Source: Macrostomum lignano (Eukaryota). Taken from it: a stretch of DNA of 64,000 nt. The stretch covers positions 1-64,000 of the forward strand of contig NIVC01001014.1 in assembly GCA_002269645.1 (NCBI GenBank), written 5' to 3'. The position numbers were made by a program, and so were the translations under genes. Shown piece by piece: positions 39,839 to 52,438 of the stretch (position 1 is its first letter; every line of letters starts with the position of its first letter). The notes beneath the pieces were generated by a model, which saw only the letters and a list, made by a program, of their open reading frames with translations, was not told the DNA's origin and ran no database searches.

Positions 39839-42800
39839 TCAGGACGAGGCGCACTGCACTCGCTGACCGCCGCCAGCTCCGTCTTCATCGTCGGAGTCTG
39901 CGCCGCCGGCTGCGGCCCGCATGAAGCCGCCGCGACCGCCTGCGGGTGAGTTTAGGTTAATAGTTTAATATTAACGACTTAAATAGGAAATAATATGATT
40001 ATTAGGAATTATAAATAGTTAAAAAACAATGTTCAAAATTAGATTGCGACACGCCGTGCATAAAAAATCTTACTTTGGAAAACATCTCTGTATAAATTTG
40101 GATAGTATGGTTGGCTGTGCTTTTTGGGTGAAGGCGGTCGAGTGTACATCAAGGGACGGGGTTTGGGGGTGAAGGCGGTCTAATTAATGTACATTAAGAG
40201 ATGGGGTTTTTGGGAGTGAAGGTGGTCTAATGTACATTGAGGGACGGGGTTTTGGAGTGAAGGCGGTGGAGTGTACATTGAGGGACGGGGTTTTGGGTGA
40301 AGGTGGTCGAGTGTGCATTGAGGGACGGTTTTGAGTGAAGGCGGTCGAGTGTACATTGAGGGACGGGGTTTTGGGTGAAGATGGTCGAGTGTACATTGAG
40401 GGACGGGGTTTTGGGGGTGAAGGCGGTCGAGTGTACATTGAGGGACGGGTTTTGGGGTGAAGGCGGTCGAGTGTACATTGAGGGACGGGGTTTTGGGGTG
40501 AAGGCGGTCGAGTGTACATTAAGGGACGGGGTTTTGGGGGTGAAGGCGGTCGAGTGTACATTGAGGAAAGACTTAGGGGGAAGAGATTGAATTGTAATTA
40601 GTTGAATAACGACCGCTGCCAAATTTCTTTAGACAAAGAGGCAAAGAAAGACACTGCTTTATTAATAATCAACTACTAACTAATGCTGCTCAGTGTGCAG
40701 CGTAGAAATATATTGTCTAAAAAAGAATAAATCTAATAGTCAGACAGTTGATAAGAGCAAGCTGATTAATAAGCGGCATTAAGCGTATGGTTAGGTAAGA
40801 AACTACATAAGGTATAATATCAAATCAGACAGATTTAGTTACCAAACTGGCTCCTCATTCTCTCTAAAATGTTTGAGGAGCACGGGGTATTGTGAAGAAA
40901 GAGATTTAAATTCAAAGGCGAGGGTCGAGTTCAAAAATACAAAGTGCATTATGTATTATATAATCTAAAACACTAAAGCAAGCGATATAAAATTTGCACA
41001 GTTGTATATACTCTTAGTAAATTTGTTTGCTTGGTTAGTAACAAATTATTAATTGGCGAATGTTTGCGGAGAAATTAATCGATTTACTACCGATATGTTT
41101 TGTAAGACACTTTTATTGAACTCTCATTGGATTTAAAAGCTTGTAAAGCAATAATAAATTAATATTACAGATAATTTTATAGCTTAAACATGCCATGTAC
41201 ATCTGCGTAGAGACCTAATCGAAATTCGATCTAATATACCGATATGTTGCGTAATAAACTTTTCCATTAGAAAACTTACCGTCTCTCTGCTGCCTGGCAT
41301 CCATTTCAGGGTCGAATTCGGTCATGACAGTCTCCTCAGCATCGTCGGGAACGATGACTTCCTGTCCTGGCGGAAGCAGTTTGCGCAGCTGCTTCAACTC
41401 TTTCTCGCTGAGGAAACCGGTTGGCGGGAACTCCACAGTGAAATGTATTATAAGGCGGCCCTTCTCGAACGGATTCTTATAAGTTGGCATGCCCTCGTGT
41501 TCGACAGTTTTATAGGAGCCGTGGCGAATCACTTCGCCAGGTCGCGACTCAATTAGCAGGCTGCGCTGATCCAGGGTGCCAATGACGCGTTTGAATCCGG
41601 TCAGCGACTCGTTCAGATTGATGGTGAGCTTCAAGATGAGGTCGCGACTCCGACGAATGAAGGTCTCGTGCTCGCGCTCCTCTAGCACGATGACGATATC
41701 CCCGGGCTCGAGTTCGGGATCTTGATCGCCTTCGCCGGTGAAACGAATCTGCTGGCCATCCTTCATGCCTTTGTCGATGTTTACTTCGAGTATCTTCTTC
41801 TCGCGATTTACCTGCAATTTTGAGATGTCAAGGGGATTTTTTAATCTCAGATTGTACGCCTACTGATTAGCAGTAGTATATCGCAACACAAACATTACTA
41901 ACCTTTCGTCCTTCGCACTTCTTGCAACGATCCTTGGCATTGATCACTTCGCCTTGGCCCTGGCAGTTGCGACAAACAGTCTGGATCTGCTGCACCATGC
42001 CAGGAGCCAGCTGGCGAAGGTGCACCTCCATGCCAGAGCCGCGACAGTTCGAGCAGGCCTGAACAGCGCCGGCTTTGCCGCCCCGACCTTCGCATTTGTC
42101 GCAGACGACATTCTTTTGCACGGCTAATTTCCTAGTGGCGCCGTTGTACAACTCCTCCAGGGTGACGCCTAGCTGGTGGACAACGTCTTTACCGCGTCGG
42201 GGACCGCGCGAACGGCCGCCGCCGCCGAAGAACATGTCGAATATGTCCATGGGATTGTGGAAGCTGAAGCCTTCGCCCGGCGTGCCCTCCTTCAGGGCCT
42301 GAAGTTGGAGGGGTAGGGAGAGAGTGAAGAGAGTGCATTGTGGGTGAGTGAAGCCAGCGGGTAAAATGAGCACGCGAAATTATAATTTCATGCGAAATAG
42401 CAACTTCGGCGTGCAAATGGGGGAAATCATAAGGCACTTCATATTATAGCATGGGATAAATGAAGGGAGATGGGAATGGGATCAGTGATGGTGGGGAGAG
42501 GGGAATGGGATAAATGATGATGGGGAGAGGGGAATGGGATAAATGATGACGGGGAGAGGGGAATGGGATAAATGATGACGGGGAGAGGGGAATGGGATAA
42601 ATCATGACGGGGAGAGGGGAATGGGATCAATGATGACGGGGAGAGGGGAATGGGATAAATTATGACGGGGAGAGGGGAATGGGATAAATGATGACGGGGA
42701 GAGGGGAATGGGATAAATCATGACGGGGAGAGGGGAATGGGATAAATGATGACGGGGAGAGGGGAATGGGATCAGTGATGATGGGTAGAGCTGGGAATGG

Positions 42801-43213
42801 GATGATGATGGGAGAGGGGAATGGGATAAATGATGATGGGAGGGGAATGGGATCAATGATGAAGGGAGAGGGGAATGGGATAAATGATGATGGGAGGGGA
42901 ATGGGATAAATGATGATAATGGGATGGGGCAAAAGGGGAAAGGGAAAAAACGGGAAGTGGAACATAAAAAAGCAGAAGCTAATAGCAGAAAGCAAAGTCT
43001 CACCTGCTCGCCACCCTCATCATAGATCTTCCTCTTCTTAGGATCGGATAGCACTTCAAACGCCATGGCAATCTCCTTGAACTTGTCGCCAGCCTCCGGA
43101 TTCTTGTCCGGATGATATTTCAATGCCAATTTTCTGTAAGCCTTCTTGAGCTCCTGCTCAGAAGCGTTCGGGGTCACGCCTAGCAAATCGTAGAACTTTG
43201 TTTCCTTAACCAT
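39839..43213 (-). CDS. DNAJA1: DnaJ/Hsp40 subfamily A member (DNAJA1-like)
   Basis: Exons 43004-43213 (J domain with HPD), 41903-42298 (G/F region, CxxCxGxG repeats), 41280-41811 (C-terminal domain), 39839-39939 ([32 protein letters not shown], CaaX box). All phases are consistent. Confidence 0.96.
40118..40565. repeat. ~40-bp minisatellite, last DNAJA1 intron
   Basis: Unit gaaggcggtcgagtgtacattgagggacggggttttggggt. Confidence 0.93.
42450..42925. repeat. ~30-bp purine-rich minisatellite, DNAJA1 intron
   Basis: Unit gggagaggggaatgggataaatgatgacg. Confidence 0.93.
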
Positions 43214-45522
43214 TGCTGCTGCCTTTAACTGTAAGATTAATATATAAATAAATAAATTGTAGTATTCACGGTCTCTTTCTGCGAAGATTTGTTTAAATCA
43301 CAGAGATGGAAGCTTGCAGAGATGCCTGGACTATAAGTGTAGTTAATAAAGCAAGTAGCTTTAAAGCTGAAAAATAAAGCAATTTTATGGGTAGGATAGA
43401 ATTGTGATGTACTTTTGCTTATATCTAGAAATTTTGTCATAAAATAAAGTTCAAATTTAATTCTATCAGTTTGACTAAATTATGTTTGTTTGGTATTTAG
43501 AAAAAATATTAATAAACGACTACACACTTAAAGATAACTCAAATTCAGCAATTGATAGAATTATGAAATGTTAAGAATGTGTATACTTCTAATGAAATAA
43601 AATATTTATTATTGCTTGATGGTAATAAGGCCTATTATTAGCCAAAGTGTCATTTAATCCAAATTGGAATCAATAGTAAAATAATAGATTTATTGACAGA
43701 TAACTATATAGTAGAGGTCTATAGATGCTTATTTACTATTTTGGGTCTTGCTTGCCCTCACTAGGCCCTACAGATAAGTAGTTTTTTAAAGATTTACCAG
43801 GTCAGCACTAAATGGTTAGCAGTTCTATTCTTAAAGAAAGTGCATTTAAACAAAGGCTTTAGGTTTAGAACTGTATATAGACCTCTACTTTATGTTTAAT
43901 CAAAGCCTTAGTGCCTTTACAAGTGCAGAATAACCAAAAAATTACCCAATAAAATGTTTACCTGATTAAAAAGTTTCTATGTAAACATTTTGATAGGATT
44001 TTATTTTACTAATACAGAACTATATATATTGCAGATAATATACTCAATGATATAATTTTCCCACATACATGAGCCCCTTGTTTTGTTTTTTTTGTGTGCA
44101 TATTTATATAAAAATTAATATGCCTACAACACTTGAGATTATGCTTGGCATATACCAAATTGTGCATAGAATTTAGAACTAGAATTTTTTGGAAACTTAG
44201 GTCTAAAATTTGTTAGTAATTAATAATGAGAACAGTACTAAAAACACTAGTATTAACTAATGATCTACATAGTTGAATATGTTGACTATCAACTAAATTC
44301 ATACGTGTGCAACTGCCCTGATTTATATCACAGATACTAGAATAACTAGATAGGCCACTCAACATATTTATATATAAACTTTCAGTTTAGTAGCAAGTCA
44401 AACAGAAGCGTTTCAATATACTTTTAAATTCAAGGCTTATCTAGCCAAAACCTTCCAATTGCTACTTCTATACTACCCCCACCCCAATTTTTATTGCCTT
44501 TCTTAGAATTATAGCCTAAAGCTACCATGTAAATTTCAATTTCTGGCTAATATACATTAGTGCTAAACCAATTAATAAGTTATTTAAACCTGCAAGCTTG
44601 GGCTTTTAAAGTTATTAAAGTCATTTCAGTTGCCTTTTTTATAAAATAGCTTATGCATTATTTTTTGCTACTGAACTAAGAATAGAAACTTGTTTTGATA
44701 AGTAGATTTACCTAAATAGCCCATCTAGTTATTTTAGAATCTGTGATTTACATTGGCCATGCAACTTTTTTGACCAAAAATGAGACTAAAGTAAGAAAAA
44801 CTAAAGCAAAATTTAATGTTATTTTAAGTAAACAATAAGGATAACTATGACTGTCTTTTAAAGCTAAATGCTTTACCATCTAATTAATACTGTCTATATT
44901 TTTGGGTGGTCATTTTTGCAATTTTTGCAACTTACCCTGGGTCTTAGCTGGGCCCTCACTAGCTAGCAGAATTAGCTAGATAAGCTAGGTGCTGTTCATA
45001 TATGACTACATTTAACATTTAAACCAAGACATCAATTATTATTTTGTTTTAGATAAACTAGTTTTTGTCATACATCTTACATTCACAATATAGCATGTCT
45101 TCAAAAAGTTTTATTTTTTGCTTAAAAAATTAAAAGGATGCTTAACATTATAATGAAAAATAGTAAACTGCTTGTTGGCTAAATTAATAGAACTTATAAG
45201 ATTATAAGATAAACATACAAACAAACAAATAACATGTTAGTTTTAATATTAGGAGAGACAGCTTATGGAAGTTGGTCATTTACCCTATTATAATTAATAA
45301 AATCAGATAAATAGCATATGATTAAACTACTTATTAGCTGATAAGGCAACTAACTCAATCATAATTATTCCTATTTACCTATTTGCCCCCTAGATTAATG
45401 ATGGTTTATACACAAAGTGTATTATGCTTGGTGCACAACAGCATATCTATAGACTAAGAATTTATTCCAATAGGGCTGTACTATAGATCACATTTTTTAT
45501 TTGATAAGAAGCATTTAGCTAA

Positions 45523-45663
45523 CTAGTTCCACCAGTAAACGAGCCGAGCCTGGCACCGCCGAAGGCGGCATTGGGCGAGGGCGAGAGAACCCGAGGCCCC
45601 ACTAGGGGCCAAGGGCGAGTGAATAATTTCTACCCATGTCGGCCTTTGGCCAACATGGGCTAG
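45523..45663 (+). mobile_element. GC-rich Helitron-like 3' terminus remnant
   Basis: Hairpin cccatgtcggcc-ttt-ggccaacatggg immediately followed by CTAG, within an AT-rich intron. Confidence 0.3.
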
Positions 45664-47904
45664 AAAGTGTTTATGAGTAAATAAGTTAGACTCCCATGAA
45701 TTTTGAAATTTCATATTTTTTTGCTAAAAAATGCTTCTGTTTTGCAACCACTGCATCAATAAGGTTGAGTGAGGTGTCAATCGATAGAAAACTTTTAAAT
45801 CTATCGAATGAATATACTTTTAAGTACAAAGATTTTATTACTAAGCTGTAAATTAGGTGGAAAGACGATTTTCTCAAAAGTGCTTCTAAGAGATCTCAAA
45901 ATTCTGGTACACCTTATGAGATATGGCTTTGACATCTACTGATCAAAATTGTCAAATTAAATTTCCTACAAAATGGTATATGGCACTTTGATTTATTTCG
46001 GCATCTTTATGCAGTTTTGGTGGGTTTTTTGGGTAAAAAAGTCACCCTCATTTTATTATTTGCCACTTTTTCCTACAAAGGTTTTTTAGTTTGGGCTTCA
46101 AAGCAGTGCAGTTGGATGCGCAAAGCAAAAATCTACAAGTGTCTAAAGTTTTGTTTTCCTACGATTCTGCAGTGCTGAGATTGACAAATAGAATAGACAA
46201 ATAGAATAGACAAGAATAGACAAAAATCAATTTTTCAAAAATTCACATGACTTTTGCATTATTGCTCATTATAATTTTGAGAACATGGTGCGAATAAGCC
46301 GATTTCCAATTTCTACAGCATAGTTGCTGTACTAAATTGGTTTAAATTTCCGTCGTCTGATTTTGCTGCTTTCAGGTTGAAAAATTGATTAGAAATCGAT
46401 AATTTGTGATTTTTGGCTGATTGGGTGCCCAAAAAATGGGTGATTAAATTTTTAAAAGAATGGTAGTTCAAATGTGGATACTGCAACAAGTTGTACTAAT
46501 GTCTGGCTAAAATTGACTAAGTTTTTGAGTGTCTGCACCAAATGCTCATGTGTCAGTTGTCAAAAGCAATTGGAAATTGATCAGAGTACAGATTTTTTAA
46601 TATTTTGCTTGAAATCAGGGAAAAAACGCAATAGGATGACATTATTTTTATGACGGTTGATTTCCCACATAACGAGGCATATTTGTGTGCAATTTCTAGC
46701 AATTCAGTTCATTAGGTAAATTTTTTTTCGATAAATACTGAAAACTTGATTTTTCACTTTTATGTTAGTTCAGGGGCTATTTAAACTGGAAATGGTAGGA
46801 ATTTTGAACTAAAACCAATGCACAGTGTTCCATATAGTTAATTTAACAAATTTCTTGAATTTCATAACCATTCAATGTTTTTTTCATGTAAAAAGATGCC
46901 TTTTTTGTATCGAAATTAATCACATTAAGCTTCATACCGCTTTGCATATTCTGCATTTGCATGCGATTACTTGTGTTGCATGGCTTTGGCATTGGGCTAA
47001 GTTAAGCTGGTTAGAAAGAAAAGGAAAAGGAAGGAAAGGAAGGAATATTCGTACATACAATATAGTTATATGTACAAGTTGTATGTACATACCCGTCACT
47101 TCCAAGTGGGGTTGTGGCAACGTGAGAGGGCTTGGTGGCTTGGTTGGGAGGGTGTGTAATAGAGCTTCATGCGACTCGCGCACAGACCAAGGAAAATTAG
47201 ATCAATAAATGGGTGTCACGTGATTAGAATTTTGTATTAAATTTAGCTATTTAATTGCACATTTGAATTGCAAGCCCAAAGTTTGGCGGGTGGTAAGCTC
47301 CAAGTCACTATGTGTACAACCCCCCCAGACTATAGGTTCAGGCAATATGGCTTATTAAGTAGCTATGTACAGTGGTTTGGAATAACTTTATTTATAGCTT
47401 TCTTTGAAAATTGCAACCCCATTGAAGAAGAGGCTTAGGGAGGGTATCTTATGTCAGTTTAGTGTACTATCTGATTGATAGTATCAGTCAATATCAGTAT
47501 TATGTCCCAAAAAACTGGCCTGGCTTTCCAAGCACTTAAGCTGATGCTAGAGGATCTTGCACCAAAACAACCAGCTTAAATGGAGTTGTATAACCCTGCT
47601 GCTACTACACTCTCAAGACTTTAGACATTTTTTTTAGATTGAGGGCCCATTGTAGAAGATTCCAGTTCATGGTTGCAAGCCAGATAAGAGAGGAAATGAA
47701 AGAGAATAGATGGAGAAGAGAAAAGAGGAGATAAGAGATAAAGATAAGGCAAGGTGAGAGAAAAGCGAGAGGAGAGGGGAGACTAGAAAGAGATTAGAGA
47801 GGAGCAAAACAGAACAAACAAAGAGAAAAATGGGATGAGTAGAGATTTAAATTTTTCTTGAGATTCTCAAAGTTCTTTTTTATCGGTACAAAACTAGGTT
47901 TATC

Positions 47905-47981
47905 AAGTAGTATGAAGACCCACGTCTAAAAAGAAGCCCATTCACTAGTGGCAAAAAGACGTGTGCGTCTTCATACTACTT
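47905..47981. repeat. Short inverted repeat (mini-MITE or hairpin)
   Basis: aagtagtatgaagac / gtcttcatactactt perfect 15-bp arms, plus cacgtct/agacgtg. Confidence 0.6.
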
Positions 47982-48439
47982 GTAATTAAAAAGTACATTA
48001 ATAAAGTATATACCAATTATAATTTAAGATTTTATATTAGTCAAGTTTGCATATGTTTATAATTACAAGCAAACATAATCATTTCCCATGGATTTTAGTC
48101 ACTTTATACAGATTGCTATTTTAACAAAGCTGCTATAGCTAGTTTACTTAAAGCAAAAAATAGATGCTTAGCTAGACTGACAACTAGGCTAAAGTAATGA
48201 TTTTTTAACCTTATTTTAAACGCATCAAATATATCAAAAAACAAAGAGGTTTTATAGTTTTTGATTCTACCTTAGTCAACTATAGTTGGACTCTTAAAAT
48301 ATATGCAGAGAGGAACATTTGATAAATTATAACAAATATAAAAAATTAATAATTATAATTTTGACAAAAATTATTAATTTTTTTCTACTCAATTTTAAAA
48401 AAATTATTCTAAGGCAATCAAATAATACCTGCATCTTTA

Positions 48440-48650
48440 TCTCTACATATAAAAATCAAAACTCTGTCTGTGTGTCTGTCTGTCTGTGTGTCTGTGGACA
48501 ATTTTGTTTGCTATAGACTCCCAAACCACTCAACCAAATTACACCAAACTTTACACCCACCTTAAACTTACTACGGAGAATGTCTTAGGCTACCTTTTAA
48601 TTTCCTAGACTCAAGTCTTCCTACCTAAAAGTACAAAAAACTGCTCAAAA
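48440..48650 (+). mobile_element. Second copy (5' part) of the same Helitron-like family
   Basis: A|TCTCTACATATAAAAATCAAAACTCTGTCTGTG..GCTATAGACTCCCAAACC..AAATTACACCAAA matches the reverse complement of 15960-16150. Confidence 0.5.
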
Positions 48651-49445
48651 CGCGCAATTTTTTCACTAAATCCTTTATAGCGCCGCTCCACTTCTATCAA
48701 TTCTCTTCAAATTTGACACAGACAATCTTAAACTATTTTGGCACAAACATGTAAAATTTTGAGTCTTAAAGTTACTCCTGAGCGGTGCTGTGCACTTTTA
48801 AAGTTAGGCTGTTTTTTTCAGCATAGCAACCACCATAACCTCCACCCACCTGCCTCGCTTTCCCGATCCCAATCTGGGCCCAGATGTGTAAAAGGGTTTC
48901 AAAATTGACTAACTTTCAGCTGCCGTAAGTTTACTCCACGTAAAGCAATAGACTTCAAACTTGACACAATTCTTCATTGACTCATTATCTATCTTAATGT
49001 AAAGTTTCAACTGTAACTCAACCGAAAAAGAAACTGTAAGCATGTGTTGTGAAGTTAGTCTGCTTTTTCTGTTGTTTGTGCCACTCACTCACTCATTCCC
49101 CCAGAGCCAGACCAAGGCAATGTACAGTGTTTTTGAATAGCTTTGTTTATAGCCTTCTCTGTACCCCCATGGAGAGGCTACGTTAGCCATCCATAACAGT
49201 TTAGTGAGAAATTCTAACCACTGTCCTCTGTATAGGCAAACTCTGCATCAGTTTAACAGTGGATGGCAAATCAAGGCAATCCAGCATGGTTTGTAAAAGC
49301 GAAAGATTTATGAAAAGGCGATGCAATGCAATAAACCCTACTAAATTAGTCACAGTCACACCATGGAAATTTTAAGTTTCTCTTAAAAGTACTTTGAAAT
49401 TTAAATGAAATTTATATAATGCATTATTTATTTTTAATTTGGCAC

Positions 49446-50142
49446 TAGAGCTGTCACGAGATCTCGACGAGACAAGATTCAAGACAAGATCTTGACATTT
49501 TTTCTCGTCTCGAGAAATCTTGAATTTTGTCAAGAAATTCGAGATGAGATTCAAGAATTTTTCTGATACCTTTTTTTAAAAGCTTTTAAGTGATAAGATA
49601 TAAAAAGGGGAGCAAATTTTAATATAAATACAACTATTTGTTGTAACACGCTTGATAAGGCAATTTTCAAATGGTAAAATCTAGCCAATGTCAAGCAGTT
49701 TTAGTTATTTAACAAACATTGCTATATACAAGTTTGCATTGCATATGCGCTCTTTTAGTTATCATTTCAGTTCTGCGGCAAGGTGTATCATAGCAGACTC
49801 AAAGACAATCTACATAGGTTTTTTGACGAATTAATAATAGACATAGGCCTAGTAGGGTCAAGGGCCTATATGCCACAAGCATAAATGCTTATGAATAAAT
49901 AGCAAAGAATTAAAACTAGAATTAAGAAAGTATTCTGGAAAATCTAAAAAATATATTTTAGAATTGTATCTTATCAAGAAATTTAAGACAAGATAAGACA
50001 AGACAAGAGCAAGACAAGATGCAATTCTGAAATATATTTTTTTAGATTTACTTTGTCTTGTCTCGTCTCGAAATTCTCGACTTATAAGCCTTTCTCGTCT
50101 CGAATCTCGTCTCGAATAAAATCTCTAATTTTGACAGCTCTA
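49446..50142. mobile_element. hAT-type MITE
   Basis: TIR TAGAGCTGTCA/TGACAGCTCTA, exact 8-bp TSD tttggcac (49438-49445 and 50143-50150), subterminal gagacaag/ctcgtctcga repeats. Confidence 0.85.
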
Positions 50143-50771
50143 TTTGGCACTTCACAATATTTTTACACTTTCTATATTGAATGCAATCTTGTTTAGGCCT
50201 AACTATTCTCAAATGCAGGGCCCATTCTTCAAAGTTTGAGAATTTCTTGAAATGACCCAAAAAAAGGCCAAGTCCCAAAATTTTGCGATTGAGATTGAGA
50301 TCTCAGTCAGACTTCACTATGCTTACACACAGTTTGAAATTTCATTGAAATTGTTCACGCAGAGTCAGGGATTTGTCATCACAACATCAGAGATAAGATT
50401 TCCACTTGGAGTTTTGTTAAAAATTGTTAGGCCCCCTCACACACTAGGCCTAGGGCCTACACATTAAATAAAGCACATTGTGGTGTGCATTCTCATTTTA
50501 ATGGGTAATTTTTTGGTCCATCTGCACTTGACTTGTGTAGAAGCATCGGAATGCTGAATAACTTTTAGTGCGTCCAATAACGCACTTCAGTTCAAGTCTA
50601 AAAAATAGGCCTAGTAATAATAGGCCTAGGCCTATCGCCTATGCTATGTAATTGTATGGCTATTTTACTAATTAGGCCTATATTTTATAATAAAGATTGA
50701 GGTAGAAGTCGAGTCATGAAAAAAAACGATAAAAAGTAAGCAATTACAATAAAAAAACAATTGACACTTAC

Positions 50772-50830
50772 CTTACTGGACAGTGACGTTGAAAGACGTG
50801 TTTAGCCCAAGCCCACAAGAGTAATTGGGA
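50772..50830 (-). other. Putative non-coding first exon of DNAJA1 (upper boundary uncertain)
   Basis: Consensus donor AAG|GTAAGT at 50772. Matching acceptor ttaatcttacag| at 43229, 15 nt before the ATG. HSE just upstream. Confidence 0.55.
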
Positions 50831-50863
50831 AAGTGAAAAAGTATAAAAATAAGGCCGTTTGTC

Positions 50864-50878
50864 CTTCTAGAAATTTCT
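50864..50878. promoter_or_regulatory. Heat shock element (three alternating nGAAn units)
   Basis: cTTCt-aGAAa-tTTCt is a perfect HSE, about 90 bp upstream of a (-) strand donor that points to an Hsp40 gene. Confidence 0.6.
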
Positions 50879-52079
50879 TTCTTTCCGGTTTTTTATTCAG
50901 TTAAGCAAAATTTTATTTATTTTTTACTGTTGCTTTGCATTTTTAAGTTTTAAATATAAAAAGATTTATATAATATATTTGATTTTTAAAATAGTTCAAC
51001 ATTTTTTAAATCGTCTGCTAAAGTTTATTTGATAAAACCGAAAAGCTCTATTAATATCAATAGAACTATAAACTCAAGAAATATCAAACGATGAACATTG
51101 GGTCTGCCTCCTATGAGAAGCAATAATTTTTTCACTGAAAAATGAGAGGCTCTGCTTTTTCCATAATATTTATTGGTAAATCGCCCTCCTATAATTTTTT
51201 CTAGAAACGAAACATGTACGATTCCCGTCTTTACTACTAGAGTAGTCCTTCGAAGATTGACCTTCAAATCTACAGGCATGTGCATATGCAGCGTCTTTAA
51301 AAGTATATTCTTATGTAACTCTTTGCGGCCGAAAAAGTACATAAAAAGCAATAAACACCTACATGTTCAACTTTGTACATGGACATTAGTCAAGTCAAGG
51401 AGAACGTTTACTAGCTATGGATCGAGTAAACTACCACGTATACTACTGTAGAGTGTTCTACCTCCCTCAAAAAGTGATAAAATTGTTAACCTACTACTTA
51501 CATAGTAGTAAGACAAGTAGCATGTATAAGAGTAAGCGTTGAACTGAAGCGGCTTGCGAGTGGAAGCTTGAAAAGTAGCAAGCGAGCAAAAGATCTTGTG
51601 TATATTTAATTGTTTAAGCATAGTCTTTATACTTGAGAGAATAAGGCTGGCTGGGCAAAACTCCCCTGCAGCAACCAGGTGTGCAGGGGCCTGTGCACAG
51701 GCGGGCCCCGCTCTCAACCGTGCACCAGTCTAGCCGCCACAGAACCATATTATTAATTTTAATCAACCAATCAAAAGAGAGAAAAGTCGGGCATGTTATT
51801 TTTTGCAACCTACCAATCATGCGTGACCTACAATTGTCAAGTTAAACCCCATCTCTGCGATTCATCATTGGTCACGTGCGACCTACATTTGTCAGTTCAA
51901 ACCCCACCTACGATTCATCATTCGGCTTGCACCCGGATGAACCCATCAAAGGTATCTAAAAATAGCTCAGCTACGGTAACCAATCATGTGCGCTTACACT
52001 AGACTAGTTGCTTAACTTTCTACCCTGTCATGCTTGACAGCAACCAAAGCGTGACCCTTTGACATTTACGAAAAAGGTG

Positions 52080-52438
52080 ATGGACGACCTCACGAGGGGT
52101 CTGCTTCTCTATAAATACAAGTGGTCCGAAGCGGATCCGGAGCCAACTCCCGACGATAGGAGAAGCTCCGAAGAGGAAGCCTTAGGAGGAATTTTTGATC
52201 ACCAAGTCAATCGAGACTCGGTCGAGTTGTTGCGGTAAGCCTTTCTCATTTACGCCAGTTGTTGTTGAGTCGACTCACTATTGTTATAGTGTTAGAGTCT
52301 GTTGAGACTCTTGAGTCTATTTAGACTCCATTGATTGTAGTCTCCAGAAGGACTACCCTGATAGATCTTAGAGGACTACCGGAGCTTATGTTGGAGAAGA
52401 CTTATGTTGAACCGCAGTTTGGCGCAGGGATCCCATAG
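52080..52438 (+). other. Possible small two-exon orphan ORF (~82 aa) or transposon relic
   Basis: ATG 52080 open to CG|gtaagc (52234). Acceptor tctccag| at 52348 is phase-compatible and ends at TAG 52436-52438. No recognisable domain. Confidence 0.25.

Noticed and set aside
43268-43320. Functional SL RNA gene
   Set aside because: Only the central 20 nt match the recalled leader. There is no 5' hairpin, no terminal ATG|GT donor and no clear Sm site. Kept as an antisense-motif finding instead.
51025-51451. AT-rich ORFs considered as a mitochondrial insertion or viral fragment
   Set aside because: No recognisable motif under standard or flatworm mitochondrial decoding.
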